Assembly: GCA_002256025.1 (NCBI GenBank)
Contig: NKIB01013524.1
Location: forward strand, 1 to 56,083
Direction: 5' to 3'
Source of the DNA: Asterionella formosa
Lineage: Eukaryota
DNA: 56,083 nt
Numbering within the stretch: the first letter of the stretch is position 1; each line of letters opens with the position of its first letter. This document shows positions 12,074 to 25,040 of the stretch, one piece after another. Under the pieces are notes generated by a model. The model did not search any database. It was not told the DNA's origin and saw only the letters and a list, made by a program, of their open reading frames with translations. A program made the position numbers and the translations under genes.

Positions 12074-14453
12074 TTAAACGAAGTTTTTCTCAAAATAACG
12101 TTCATGACATGCGATATGGCTCTCCATTTCTAGAACGTATCGACAAGTGTCCGGTTCTTCAGCAGAGAGCACTTTGTTTTCAGCCCCACAACGAAGATGT
12201 ACAGTTGCGGAACGACTAGGCCCATTCCAGCAACCTTGACCATTCTCCCATTTGAGGGTAATTTGTCCAGATTCGTGGTCGATGTCCATGCCTGTCCAGT
12301 CACCTAAGTTAGTACCTCCACCTTTTCCCTTCTCTTTTTGCAACGCCTTTCCAAATACGCAAATTTCGTACTCATATTTTCCAGCTTCCACCGAGTGGCA
12401 AGCATTGTTGAAAGAATGTAGTTCACCGTTCGGACCAAACCTAGACTCATTTCTGCCTCCTATCATTTGATCGAGTTCCTTAGCCTCCTTCTGCAAATCA
12501 TCGCGTTGCTGCTTCAACCGCTTCAACTCATCCTCTGCTTCATCTGTCAGTGATCGGCCCTCCTCAAGCTTGTCGAAGCCTAGCATTGCCTGTTCGATAA
12601 CATCCTGGGCTCCTCTTGGAGAAACCAAGTAGTACCCAAAGAATCCATTCGGAATACTAGCTGGAATTTCATCCCCAATTGGAGCGCAGATTCCAGCATT
12701 TGCCTCATCGACAGCTTTCTCGCACGCAGCTTCACCAGCTTCGATGATAGACAAAGGTGGAATCTGCATTCCATTGCGATAAACAGTTTTCGTGGGACAT
12801 AAAATAGCAAGAGGAGAGGCACATGTGTGTTCGCTATCATCAATCGAAATTTCGAACTCGGGAACGACAAAATTCAAAATCTGCCAAACATGCTCCGCTG
12901 ATACATCTGCATAGAAAAGAGTTGCAGCGGCCAAAGCAACTAGTTCTTCCCGAGCAACATCCTCATTTTCATTGAAAGCAATCGGTTTGAGAAGAATACT
13001 CGCTGATACTGCAAATTCGAATCCATTTTCAATATACTTTTGACGTTCCATCAATGTGCTTCTTGTCATTCGATGTGCTATTGGGTCAAAACCGATGTCA
13101 TTGTGTTCTGACTCCTCCTCGGAGCTCTCTGCTTCACTAGCAGTCGATTCAACAATTTTCAAAATTTCATCAATCTTTTCCACAAGAGCATTGGCACGTT
13201 TGATGTACTGGATACGAGATCGAGAGAACTGCGATTGCTCCACAAAATTTCGAAGTGCTTTTTCCTGTTCGCCAGGGCCGTCATCATTCGTCGCTGTAGA
13301 AGTTTCTCCATTTACTTCCTCATCCGCAGAGTATTCTGGATCTGCATCGACGTCACGATCGTAGGCGTCATCTCCAGGGTAATCTTCAAGTCGACGACGG
13401 CCTTTTCTATCAGTATCAGGCGAGCTATCTTTAGGATGCCACACTTGTTCACCTTCAGCGTTTCTATGTACCAACTCAGCAAGATGCATGTTTTGCTCAT
13501 CTGTATCAGATCGAACCAGGCTTGCTGAACAATCGTCAAAGTTTTCATTACCCCACAATAATCCAACGTCGACACCAGCAAGGCGAAGGGGTATGCAAGT
13601 TTCATCAGGCGAAGCAATCTCCATCTCGCCGTTGAGTTGACATGTATATACAATGAATTTAGCAATTTCATGGTTTGTCAGAGGCGCGAATATGCCGTTG
13701 ATGCTAATACTCGATTGGTCTATAGATGTGAATGAAGCAGCTGTGGTCAAGACGAGATCAAGTCGTTTTTTTCTGTAGTCCAGCTTAATTCCATTGATCT
13801 CCTGCTCCTTGCTTGAAATAACTGTTCCAACCGAATCCAGTGACTTGTCCAAAATCTCCAACTTCTTCAAGTTTTCACTCAGAATTAACTGGAAGTTGTC
13901 CAACTCTTTGGTTCTCTTTGCACTCCCAATCTCATAATCCTTTCTAGCCTTTTCAACTGCAGCCTGCTTTTCCGCCAAAACATCTGCACAATTATCTTCA
14001 CAAAGACCCACGGGTTCATCAACTCCATCACAGCAGTCGCAAACTCCATCCTGGATATGAGATAAAGGTAGTTGTAAATGAGGCTCCTGCGGACACTGAA
14101 AGGTTGGACTACCGGTAGAAGGGGGGGGGGATAAAATTGACAAGTTTCAGCGATTGTAACATTGTATTATTTAGCTCTGCACATCGATACTTCATTCTAG
14201 CCAAGCAAACGTACCTTCTATCTGCAGTTCCATAAACACCAGCCCATCCGCCAATAGCAGATCCTGAGCAAGCGTTTGTTTCCGTCTCATCAGCTGCATC
14301 AAGAGGACAGTCGCAGTAACCGTCGTTGATCCATTTGTCCGGAATGACCCTGGCGCTATTGCCGAATCCAAGCGAGCATTCGAGACCTTGAGCTCCTCGC
14401 AACAACCACAACGTAAGAGCTAGGAATGCTTGAAAGGAACAAGGATAAAGCAT
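12074..14453 (-). CDS. PRKCSH: Glucosidase II beta subunit (PRKCSH-like), 2 exons
   Basis: Signal peptide; INDGYCDCP and QDGVCDCCDGVDE LDLa-like motifs; C-terminal MRH domain (YEYEICVF...GQGCWNGPSRS...EPDTCRY). Intron 14214-14109 (GT-AG). Confidence 0.9.
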
Positions 14454-15249
14454 TTCCTGTCGTTTGAATCTTCCTTCCTTGAAAGCCACAAATGACCTTG
14501 CGAGCACAATGATTGACAAGAATGATGTTGTCCTGATTGCTCGTCCTCATCTTTTGGTCATCAAGGCCAGAATCAGCGCGGTGCGCGCACTTTGTCGTAT
14601 GAAACAAACCTCCAGTTTAGCAATTCCCGCTCCCGCTCCAGATATTATGCAGTGCCAAGTTTGAGTGACGGTGTTTGCATTAGGGACAGTTAAAAAAATG
14701 TCTCTGTATAGGATGAACTTGAAATTGCCAAGCTCCCCAAATAGTAGCCCAAAGCGATCTATGTGTATTGCTATTCAGCGTGATTTGCTATTTCTGAGTT
14801 ATATTCATGGAAATGTATCTCTGTAAGGATTTGATGAAAAGGACTCTGTATCTCTTTTACAAAAAAACCAATTTGCACCTCCTTCAAGATGACCCCTGGG
14901 AAAGGACTATTTAGGGGCAAGTTTGATGATAGCTAGATTGTGAGCAAATTGCCTTCTCATATTCTTGCTTGTGTGCGAGGCTGGTGGGGAGATGCAAGTA
15001 TAGGTTGACCATCAAAACAGCAGTGCCCAGCCCCTTGTTGTTTGCCAGGTGTAGCTAAGCTTCATTCTTATCCCCGAGGACCCTAAAACGGGCTAATCAA
15101 TGAAGAAAAAAGGGCTAATCAATGAAGAGCTACATACCTGGAAGCCGCCAGATGCTACATACATATCATGGGCATGCATCATCCCAGCAGGGGGGGGAGG
15201 GGCAGAATCATTCAGAATGCAAGTATGTATATTTACTATATGATGTGTG

Positions 15250-15323
15250 TGAGGGAATGGCTTAGTCGTTTAGCACATTGCCTTTGATCTGAGGTTGTGA
15301 GGTTTGATTCCCGCAATTTTTTT
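15250..15323 (+). repeat. Degenerate tRNA-derived sequence (Pol III A/B-box-like; pseudo-tRNA or SINE head)
   Basis: TGGCTTAGTCG (A-box-like) and GGTTTGATTCC (B-box-like) at tRNA-like spacing, followed by a T run; no complete cloverleaf. Confidence 0.35.
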
Positions 15324-15324
15324 A

Positions 15325-15955
15325 GAAGCAATTGTTGGGTTCGGCTCCCTCACTCTTTACTGTCCTGCACAGTCTTTCCTGGTGTGCAAGAAATAGTGGT
15401 GGGTTGGCCCCCTACTACAAGCAGCTTGTGCCGCCTCTTCCTAGGCAGTCAGAGTTTCCCCTAACACTGCAGCTAAGACAATCACCTTTCATGAAAGGTG
15501 GTTGGGGACTCACCTACACTAACAAAATTGGGGAAGCACAGCAATGAAAGACTTGCCTAGAAATGGGGGAGTAAGAATGGGCTATAAAACATAAGGAGTA
15601 CTATCCCTTTACATGCAGTCTACGACAGATACATATCACTATTTTTTTGGCTGCTCCAAGGCACCAGGAGAAAACCTATCTGGCCACTTTGCCTGCCTGC
15701 CCCATTGATGTGTGGTGCTTGGGGGGCATGATGGGAGGATTCGAACTCCTCACACCAGTCCATGTAATCAGGAATGGTTTTTAAGCACCTCGTCATCCAT
15801 TTCTTGTCCTGGTGTCCAGTGAGGCACCCCGCCCCTCCACCTGTGCGAGGTAGTGTGAGCCTTTCACTCACTAAAAACCTGTATGAAGCCCCAGTCTTGA
15901 CCATTACCGGGGTACGCGGTCTGGCCTACCAGTCGGGGCGTTGGCCCGTGGGAAG
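15325..15955 (-). repeat. Structured non-coding segment, possibly SINE or non-LTR retrotransposon UTR-derived
   Basis: GC-richer than its flanks, several nested helices and a tRNA T-arm-like GGAGTTCGAATCCTCC; no credible ORF. Confidence 0.35.
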
Positions 15956-16309
15956 TACACATTTCTATTTATGGTATGCTGCATATAATAAGCATGTGAA
16001 AGATCCTTGCGAATCTTTCTGGTACTGGTATTCTACCGGTACCTGGTTTCGTTATTCTCCTACCGGTACACTAGAGTAAGTATACTGTAAGTGGTTCCTG
16101 GTACCTGGTACCCCAGGTAACTGGGACTCCTACCATTGCTCCGTACCGAGCACCGTGTAAGTGAATTTTACCATGAAATCGAAGTCGCTCGTGGATGTTC
16201 GAAGGTGATCATGACTGCTGGTGCTAGAATCAAGGCTGAATCGCTCCCAACAAAGATCCATTTTTTTGTAAAAAATAATTGCAACACTTCTCACTTTCCC
16301 CCACCCCGA

Positions 16310-17449
16310 ATGATCCAACGAGCACACATGTCGTCGCTTTCGCATAGCCGTATTGTCGCTGCCATTCGTGGTGCTTTCGTGGCTGATGCCGCTTCAATGG
16401 GCACTCACTGGATCTATGATCCTGTTCAAATGCTCCAGGCTGTTCCCTCGCCGGAGGCACCAGAATTCAAGGATCCTCCCAACCCATCCTTTTACAGCTC
16501 ATCGGAATTCAAAGGACATTATGGTTCTGGAATGTTGAGCCCGTACGGCGAGCAGCTCCTATTTGTGACCGAGTTTTCCGCTGCCATGTTGAGCATTGAT
16601 GGTTCCAAGATGAGCGATGCCATGCTAGAATGGGCGAACACCTTCGGGGGAAGACCAGACCATGCTACCACTGAATTTGTCAAAAATATGAAGGAAGGAA
16701 AGATTTACCCTGAATGTGGTGCCGACGACGATCAGGGTAAGTTCATCCGTTTCCAGTCGTTCCTGTTCGCATATACTGCTTCATATAACTAACGCTTTGC
16801 TTGATTCGTAGCTCACTGCTACATGAAGGTCGTACCAGTGACATGCCTTTATGCTGGAAAGCCTGAGCTGTATGCCAAGGTAGAGGAAGCAATCCGTGTG
16901 CACCAAAACAACGATGTTGCTGTCGCATTTGGGATAGCAGCCTCCTGCATCTTGGAAGGCGTTCTGCTTGGAAGTTCGTTGGAAGATGCTCTGGAGAAAT
17001 GTGGTTGTTCCGGACTTGGAGGACCTAAAGCTGATATGGTGACTGAAGCATTTGCAACAGGCAAGAATGCCGCGAGTAGCGAGAGTCTCGAAGAGCTTTT
17101 GATCAAGGTTTCGAACGAGATTATGAAGGACAATCCCGAGAGTCCATTCTATAACCTAGCTGGTAGAAGTTGCAAGCTTCCTGGAGCATTCATTGTGCCG
17201 GTGCATCAGTCGTACGTTGGCGTAAAGGGTAACAGTGACGACGTTTATGTCACTGCTATTCGTAACAATATTCTTGGGGCTGGTGACACGTGCAGCAGAG
17301 CTGTCATCATCGGTGCCATTCTTGCGGCTGCAACGGGCGGTCCTCCTGAAAGCTGGATTGCCAAGATGGATGAGGCAACTCTTGTAAAGGTCAATGCTGC
17401 AGCTGAAAAGATTGCTGACTATGCTGTTGCGACATGCCCTTCTATCTAA
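16310..17449 (+). CDS. ADP-ribosylglycohydrolase family, crystallin J1/SelJ-like (Cys form), 2 exons
   Basis: GAFVADAASMGTHWIYD, VEEAIRVHQNND, SCKLPGAF, NILGAGDTCSRA motifs; intron 16737-16811; start could be 16310 or 16328. Confidence 0.85.
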
Positions 17450-17777
17450 ACAGTTTGAAGACTAATTCCTGCATCTCTTTCAACCTACAAGAGATCTGAG
17501 CCCTCCTTTGAAAGAGTCAATTTCATTAAATTCTTCAGTTTACATATCATTGATTCGAACATGTTTCATAGCTACATCGTCATATGGGTAGTTATCGGTA
17601 GGCGCATTTGTCTCTCAGTACTTCCATGTATCTCACGATCGATTGCAGTGAAGTTGATTGAATGATGATTCCATCGTCATCATCAAAATGCTCGTTAGTC
17701 ATCTAAAATTGAAACTGAATTTGTCGCTCATTGAAGCGCACTTTCTCGCTATATATCGGGTGCTCTCTGGTTCGTTA

Positions 17778-19238
17778 GGCTGATATCAGTCTCCCTTTGA
17801 GGCCCAACATGAAAACCTTCACTTTTATGGCATCTTAAAACTATATTACTGGGATAGGATAGATCGCATGGCGCCCCTTGGCGACATATATAACTGGGAT
17901 TAGCCCAACAAACATGGTGTCGCCGGCATGTATGTAGGGGAGGAAGGTGGATAGCCCATTCTTTATGAGAATGGCGGTTTAAAAAAAATCTTCATTGCTT
18001 GATTTGCACGCCAACCAAAACTCTACCTCTGAATATGCTGTCCTTACGATTAGTGAAGTCCGGAGGCCCTTTGAATTAGACATAGTTGGATAGTACTTTT
18101 TCTCCTAAATAAAAGGGCAATATATTGGGTTCTTTCCAGCTCAACAGGCTGATATCAGTCTCCCTTTGAGGCCCAATATGAAAACCTTATCATCTCCTTC
18201 CTTTCACTTTATATACGTTGTTGGATGGTACTTTTTCTCCTGAATCATGCCGTTTGTTCACTGCGTTGCCGCCATTTAAAACCATATTCCAATCCATCTG
18301 AGTAGCTCACCATACTAGGATACAGGTTTGCCCTCTATCTTTAGATTAATGATAAACAAAACATTATGTTTCAAGAACTCAGAAGGAAAAAATAAATTGA
18401 AAAATTGGAAGGTAGTCTTCGGCTTCAATTGATTTTGGAAATGATAAAAGTTTTGGATTGCTATTTTATGCACTGCCCGTCAGTCTCCTGTAGCAAATTC
18501 CTGAGTGTCCCTAGTCATTCACAACAAATTGTTTATTACTTCATTAGGATGAACAATATTTTCGGGTACTGGGGAATTTTTATCATCAATAGCAAAAAAT
18601 ATAGCTGCATGGGAAACTTAATCAGCTTCATAAACTGTGCCAGTATGCTCAACAAGTTCGAAGAGCTCAGAAGGCATCTCCTCTTCATCTTCTACTGCCT
18701 CCTCGTGTACATAATGGCATTCACCATTGTAAAAGTAGTCTGGATCACCTTCAGAAATAATCTTGAAGTGATTTCCAAGAGCATACAGCTCAGTTGAAAT
18801 TCCCAGGAGCTGTGACTGCAATGGACATCACCTCCTCTTTACCTCTAATTTTCTTGAACTCCCTCTGCTGTAGAACTGTCATTCTTTCAGGTCAGTGACC
18901 TTTTCTAATGTTCACATGATTATTTCTTACCCACATTGATGGGTAAATTTAATTGGAAAGGCGGCATGAAACGATGCATGCACCTTGGCCCATTGTCAAT
19001 TTTTGTTTTCATGCCATCCTGCACAGATATTTTTTTTGATTTTTTATCGGCATTCAGACTTCTCAATTTATCTGAGATTATTTTCAAACCTGTAAGCTTA
19101 TTGCCGTGCATACCTCCAGAAGCCTACAGTTCTGTAGATTTAGATTAGCTTTTCAGAAATGAAATATCCATTGAATTGATCTAGGGACAATGGATTGAAA
19201 ACTCAGACTGAATCCAGTCTATTAGACTGAAATCAGCC
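17778..19238. mobile_element. Non-autonomous TIR element (Harbinger/ISL2EU-like ends) with duplicated left terminus
   Basis: GGCTGATATCAGTCT (17778-17792) and AGACTGAAATCAGCC (19224-19238), with TA on both sides. The first ~42 bp recur at about 18147-18189. Decayed minus-strand ORF pieces at 18618-19111. Confidence 0.55.
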
Positions 19239-19625
19239 TAACCTGAAAGATTCCGTTTGTTTTATGGGTGTATGATACCTGCATAGTTCCAACATAGGTA
19301 GTACCAGGGTACCTGGTACCTGGAAATACTGGTATATCGAATCAAACCATAATTTCAGATCATTGAGACGACGAGGAACCCTCAACTGCAAAATGACGTC
19401 AGCACGCTGCCCACTCGAGGAAAATGACGTCAGCATTGGCCTACCAGCTGGAGGCTAAGGTATGTACCGGTTACTGGCACTCCGGAGTACCTGGTATGCT
19501 GGTAAGAGATAACATGTAAAACTTTGTGCCTACCAGTATGGACTAGCTCAGGTACTTGTGGCGCCAAAATCATAGCTTTAATATTTCGACAACGCAATGG
19601 CAGCGTTTCCCACTCGAAACAAAGC

Positions 19626-22073
19626 ATGAAATCCCTTCTGCAAGGAGCAACTTTGCTTTCCCTGATATGTCATGCGTCATGTTTACTGAATCAAAGAGCG
19701 GATCCTTCGAAGTCATCTTGCAGCTCGAGAAATCCACCTCGCTCCATGGTGTCTGCAATTGACCGTCGCAGCTCTCGTAGCTCTGGTACAAAAGCGGAAG
19801 GTGAGTGAATGTGACGGAAATGTATTCCTTCCATTGAGTTATCAATTGATGTGCTAACCCACTGTTTTCTTAGACCTATTTGCCCAGGCCATCACTCAGA
19901 GAGCTTCTGAAACCAAATCACAACGGAGGATAAGGTCGCCGTCAGCGCCACGGGTGGATTCGGCGTTGCTACGTTTCTTGTCCACGCAAAAGCTGCAGCG
20001 CGAGGCTAGAGTGCCGTCCGATACAGAAAGAGAGATGATTCAAGCTCATCTAGAATTACAGCGTCTAGAAGAGCAACGGAGATTAATTTGGAGTCCAACT
20101 GGCCGCTATTTAGATACACTAAAGAAGTCTGCGACGGAAACAGCAGCAATTATGCCGACGCGACGATATCAAAATGCACTGGCACCGCCGAAACGTCGGA
20201 TGGAACAAATACCGCTTGCTAACCAAAGAGTAATAGCATTACGAGCAGCTGATACGACGGACTCGTGGATGGGTCAGTATAACGCACATAGAGTAGCACA
20301 ATTGCTTGTGTCGCATAACGTAGAAGGCGACGCCGCTATGGAGGCGGGCATTTCTGTGCAATCGCATGTCTTGGCAAGAACGGCCAGGCGACGAGTCCAA
20401 GAGTTCTTAAAACGAAGGGATAAATTGTGGGTAGATACTAAAAATGAAAAGCTGTTGGACACGCCTGGGGGATTTTTTACCTCGGATGGTTTCGAAAACG
20501 GTATTGAGGAGGTTGTAAATTTGCTACTTTCATTCGGTCTAACTGGGAAGGATATTGCAGCAATCTTGCAACATACACCGGGAATCGCATTGATGAAGCC
20601 ACGAAGAGCAAACAACGAAGTTGCAGCAAAAGGCACTGAAGGTGGCGAGACATTGGAAGAAACAACGAAACGAGCATATGAAGGTATACTATGTGAGTCT
20701 TTGCAGCTGAGGAAATATGATGCTAGGAAGGTAAGTGCATTCTTTTTCAAAGTGCGGTAGTCCCCAAATATCTCGATTATTATGTACTAATTTTTCGCTT
20801 GATAAAGGTCATGCGGGCATGCCCTGGCTTGCTGACGAAACGAGGATCGACGAAAGCCGAACAAGTTGTCACCTTGTTAACAAGTTTAGGTGTTTCGAAA
20901 AAAGCCTTGGCCCGAGAAATCAATGCATTGCCGATGTTACTGGTGCGATCACCATCAGAAATCTTTCGGCTGGTTTCGTTTTTGGCAAGTGATGTGGTGA
21001 AAATGCCCGTGAAGAATATTGGACCATTGCTGCGGCGAATTGAGTGCATTGAGTTATTGAACGCAGTTGCACCAGTGATGGGCATCAACGATTCGGAAGT
21101 TCAACGGATAGGCGAAAAAAATTTAGTATTAGATGACGATACTGCTACGTCCGCGTTTTTGGGCCGTCGAGTTGAAGCGCGGCGAGAAAGGATTAATGAA
21201 ATCTATCGCAACATGACGAGAACTGCTCAGATTCTCAGGGACGAAATCGGAACAAAGGATCTTGGCAAAATTATTGCGGCTTACCCGGCAGTCCTTTTGC
21301 AGGATGCCGAATTACAGATTTTGCCGTGTGCATCATATTTGATGCACGATCTTGGAATCTGGGAAGATGACCTACCAAGCGTGCTACAGTTATATCCCGT
21401 TTTGCTTGGAACGAAACTATCACAACTACAACGAGTTGTAAGATTCCTGAAGTCGCTAGATATTGAGGAAGAGAATATGGCTAGTATCTTTAGGGCTTTC
21501 CCAGCACTGCTGACTATGGATATTGAGCAGCAGATGATACCTGTGATTCACTTTCTGCAGGAGATTGGAATTGCCAACCTTGGTCGATTCATAATGTGAG
21601 TCATCCCAACTTGCTTGTTGCGTTAATTTTGTAACTGTTCTCGTGCGCTCATATGTGCTTCTAGTCGACTTCCTCCTGTACTTGGTTATTCTGTGGAGAG
21701 AGAACTACGGCCAAAATGGGAGTACCTCTCAAAGGTTTGTCTTTATCCCAGTTTCGAATTGTCTACCTTTCCCGCCTACTTTTCTTACCCGTTAGACCGA
21801 GTGATCAAAGCGCGTTATGAATATTTATACGAAATTAAGCGGACACCTTCCCAATTGTTAGCTCTTGATGTCGTGCTTCGATACGGAGATAAAGATTTTG
21901 CCGGACAAGTCGCAAAGGATGACGACAGAGGTGCTGCCTTCGCCTCCTTTGTTGAAGGACGCCAGAACGGTTCAAAACGGAAGCCGACCATTAAAGGAAG
22001 CACGAAAGGAAAATCTGATGGGATTAGACCACCGAAACGCAATGAGTCATCCGTAAAGGAAACAAGCAAATAA
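19626..22073 (+). CDS. mTERF-family protein, probably plastid-targeted, 4 exons
   Basis: Exons 19626-19800, 19874-20730, 20808-21595, 21665-22073. Repeated mTERF units (IIAAYPAVL, VLQLYPVLLG, IFRAFPALL, RLPPVLGYS, FPAYFSYPLDRVIKARY); N-terminal hydrophobic signal. Confidence 0.88.
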
Positions 22074-23595
22074 TTCCAACATTTCAATCTCTTTTGATCA
22101 GGTAAAACCATCATATCATGGCATTCTTAATGCCTTTCCTGTCACGCCGTAAGTGGTGAATCAGCCTTGTTGGGAAATGACGAACCAACCAGAATCAGTT
22201 TGGTCACATGAGAGCGCCACGCTCCTGATTATCAATAATTCAAGCTCCATCAGGTCGAGATAGTTACGAAAAATCCAAGTTATGCACGAGTACGAACAGA
22301 AAGGTAGGACACCCATACAACCATCATAGCATGCCTCACTCTGTAATGCTTACGTGTTGGACAAGGTAACAACGAAGTTTCGATAGTAGCGCCCACCAAA
22401 TTTGAGATCCCCCAAAACCACTTATTTTGAAATGGAAGGTGTGTGTAGGTGCAACACAGAAAGCCAATATGTGAGGAATTCCCAAGGTTAAATCTTAAAA
22501 ATTCTTTTTAACTGTTCCTGACTTGGAGCACCCATATAGTTAGGAGAATTCAAGAATTTGATCTTGCCATGGTTAGGTGTTGCTGAACAAATAGCTGAGC
22601 TATTTGCCAAATAAATATACATGGCAAAATTGTGACACCCTGATTTTCGACGAGCTGGCCACATAGTGCTTTTGATGTTGCATCAGCCTCCATTTTGAGG
22701 TTACAAAGTGAGTTATCAACAATCCGTAGGCTTTTTTGTGATTCAACATCTTTTCTTTTGTATTGGGATCAAAGCAACAGTGACAATGTGGGGATCAGGA
22801 GCCATATTTCCAGCGGGGATATGATTTAAGAAAAAACCTGAAAAACTTTGAAGAAAGATTGGAGCTATAAACAGACTTTCAAACAAATAATAGTATATCC
22901 AACATTCCATTCAGAATATTTTTGAAATAGGACGAGGGTTAGGTATTATTTGGTTATACCAGGAGTACTTTTAAATCAGATGTGATCATGGTGGTCAACA
23001 TGCAATGAGCAAAATTGCTACTTAAATGAAGTGAAATGGTCCTAGTACTATAAACAAAAATCAATGGGGCAATTGCCACAATTTGCAAAAATCGATGTTT
23101 CCCATTATGTTTGGCAAAATCATATTACAGCTAAATGTGATTTGGAACACCATCCTGGCTGGGATGATGGTGGATAAAATGAATATCCAACAGATACCGG
23201 TATATACCGGTTATATGTATAATTTGGAATTGGAATCACTTTAGCATGCAGGCAAATGTACATAAAACTATGTCCAGCAAAATTGCGGGAACTTACCAGT
23301 ACATACGTGGTACCTGGTACTCGGTACTGCAGTACCAGAAGTACCTGGTACGGCAACTAATACGCATCTTGAAATATGGTGATTGCTTAGAAGCCTTATG
23401 TACGGTGTATACTCCTTGGTCTGTTTTCTACAATATGTTGAACGGAACAACACCAAAATACACTGACGTGTGACAAGAGGACAGAAAAAGCTTTCGTAAC
23501 CTGCTTCACATCATACCAGGCAGGCAGACGAATCCAAACAAAGGGACTCGCTCTTTCTTTGTTGCCGTCAGCATTCGTCATCACATATGTTGACC

Positions 23596-24488
23596 ATGAA
23601 GTATTCTGCAGCCGTTGCTTTTCTTGCCCTTTCTGGCACTAATGCTCTATCTGTGAGCCGCAGTGATATCCGTAGTCTCGGTTCTAAGACTATTGTCACT
23701 TCTGGAAGCCGCAATGTTGGTGCATCAATGAAGATGGAAGGTACGTGTTTCTGTTTCAAGCTGCTTTTGCCCTCGTGGACCTCGTATGTGTGCCCGTATG
23801 GGCATTCTTTCTAGCTTTTGTTTAGTAGATCTTATAACTGGTTGCTCCCCTGATGACTGGCTCACCTAAATTTCTACTTAACTGTATAGACTTTGGCTTC
23901 TTCAAGGGATCAGGAATTGGTTTCGACGACCTCTGGGAAGGAAATGAGGTCATTTCTGAGGTGGGGATTGAGAAGCGTCTGAACAAGGATGGTCTTCGCT
24001 ACCGCTTGAACCGTACCGAGAAGGAGGCTGATGAGGTAGGAGTCATGTACAATCTTCCAGGAATCACTGTTAATCTTCCCATCATCGGCGAGACATTCCT
24101 TGGACCACCAAAGGTTGAGAGCATCTGGGAAGCCCTTGGATTTACTGCTACATCCAACAACGAGGCAAGACAACAGGAGAAGCTCAAGGCTATCGAAAAG
24201 GCCCGTAATGCCAAGAAGGGTGTTTTGGGAGGTCCAGGTGCTGAAATCCGTGCCAAATGGCTCGAGAAGTACGGTTATCCTCGTCTCGTTGGATCCGGAG
24301 GAATTTTCTACGCAGACCAGCTTTCAACTGATAAGGAGCCCATGGGTGGCTTTAACATGGGAAAGAGTGGACAGATCTGGCCTATCCCTGATGTTGTCAA
24401 GAAAGGTAACTATGGAGGAGACAAGGGCTGGGGAATGAAGACCAAGGGTCCTGCCGTCGATGGACTTCCAAAGAACACGAAAATGTAA
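23596..24488 (+). CDS. Plastid-targeted protein, possibly diatom photosystem I stromal subunit Psa29/PsaS, 2 exons
   Basis: Signal peptide (TNA-L) plus Ser/Arg-rich transit peptide ending MKM; intron 23741-23889; codon use looks like a highly expressed gene. The gene is well supported; the Psa29 identity is only tentative recall of the mature N-terminus EDFG. Confidence 0.7.
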
Positions 24489-24957
24489 TTTTCGTGAACC
24501 TCCTACTTCTTAGGCTTTGCTACATATAAAGCCAACTTATTAGGTTGACAAACTTACTGCACACGTTAGTGGTAGATTCGTGTTATCTGAGATATCGATC
24601 TGGAGGTGGCCTGATTTGTTAATGGTTGGAGAAGTACACGGCTCAGTAGTTGTGGCAGTTTAGTACAAGTATCAAGCTTTTCGTGCTTTGACAACAGAGT
24701 TATAAATCGACATTAATTAATACACAGGAAGGCGCAGTTTCTATAAAAATCAAAGTACCGTGGTACACCGGTTGTCAATTGAGTACAGGTACCAGGTAGC
24801 TGGGACATGAGGAAAACGTCGTTGTACACAGGAAAGTGAATTTTTGAAACACGTTTCAAAATTCGCTGCAAAACCTAAAGGCGTTATATGTTCACGTCCT
24901 TTGAGATGGGTTGGCAGGGTAAAATGAATGCACGGCAGCCTTCCCACCAAGGAAACT

Positions 24958-25040
24958 TTTAACTTAAGCAGGAAACTGACATCTTGCTTAAACTTTAGCA
25001 GCAAACATGAATCTTGCTTAAACTTAAGCAGCAAACGAAC
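24958..25040. repeat. 33-bp tandem repeat, about 2.5 units
   Basis: Units of the form TTAAACTTWAGCAGCAAAC...ATCTTGC. Confidence 0.75.

Noticed and set aside
14683..14900. Another Harbinger MITE (TTA-GGG start; GAAATGTATCTCTGTAAGGATT shared with 291-313)
   Set aside because: Probably related debris, but no matching right TIR or TSD was found.
15730..15800. Functional tRNA gene on the minus strand
   Set aside because: Only a T-arm-like motif; no D arm, anticodon arm or acceptor stem could be built.
15820..15915. Twister ribozyme (GTGGAGGGGCGG and CCGGT..CAAG resemblance)
   Set aside because: The UAA cleavage loop and both pseudoknots could not be placed.
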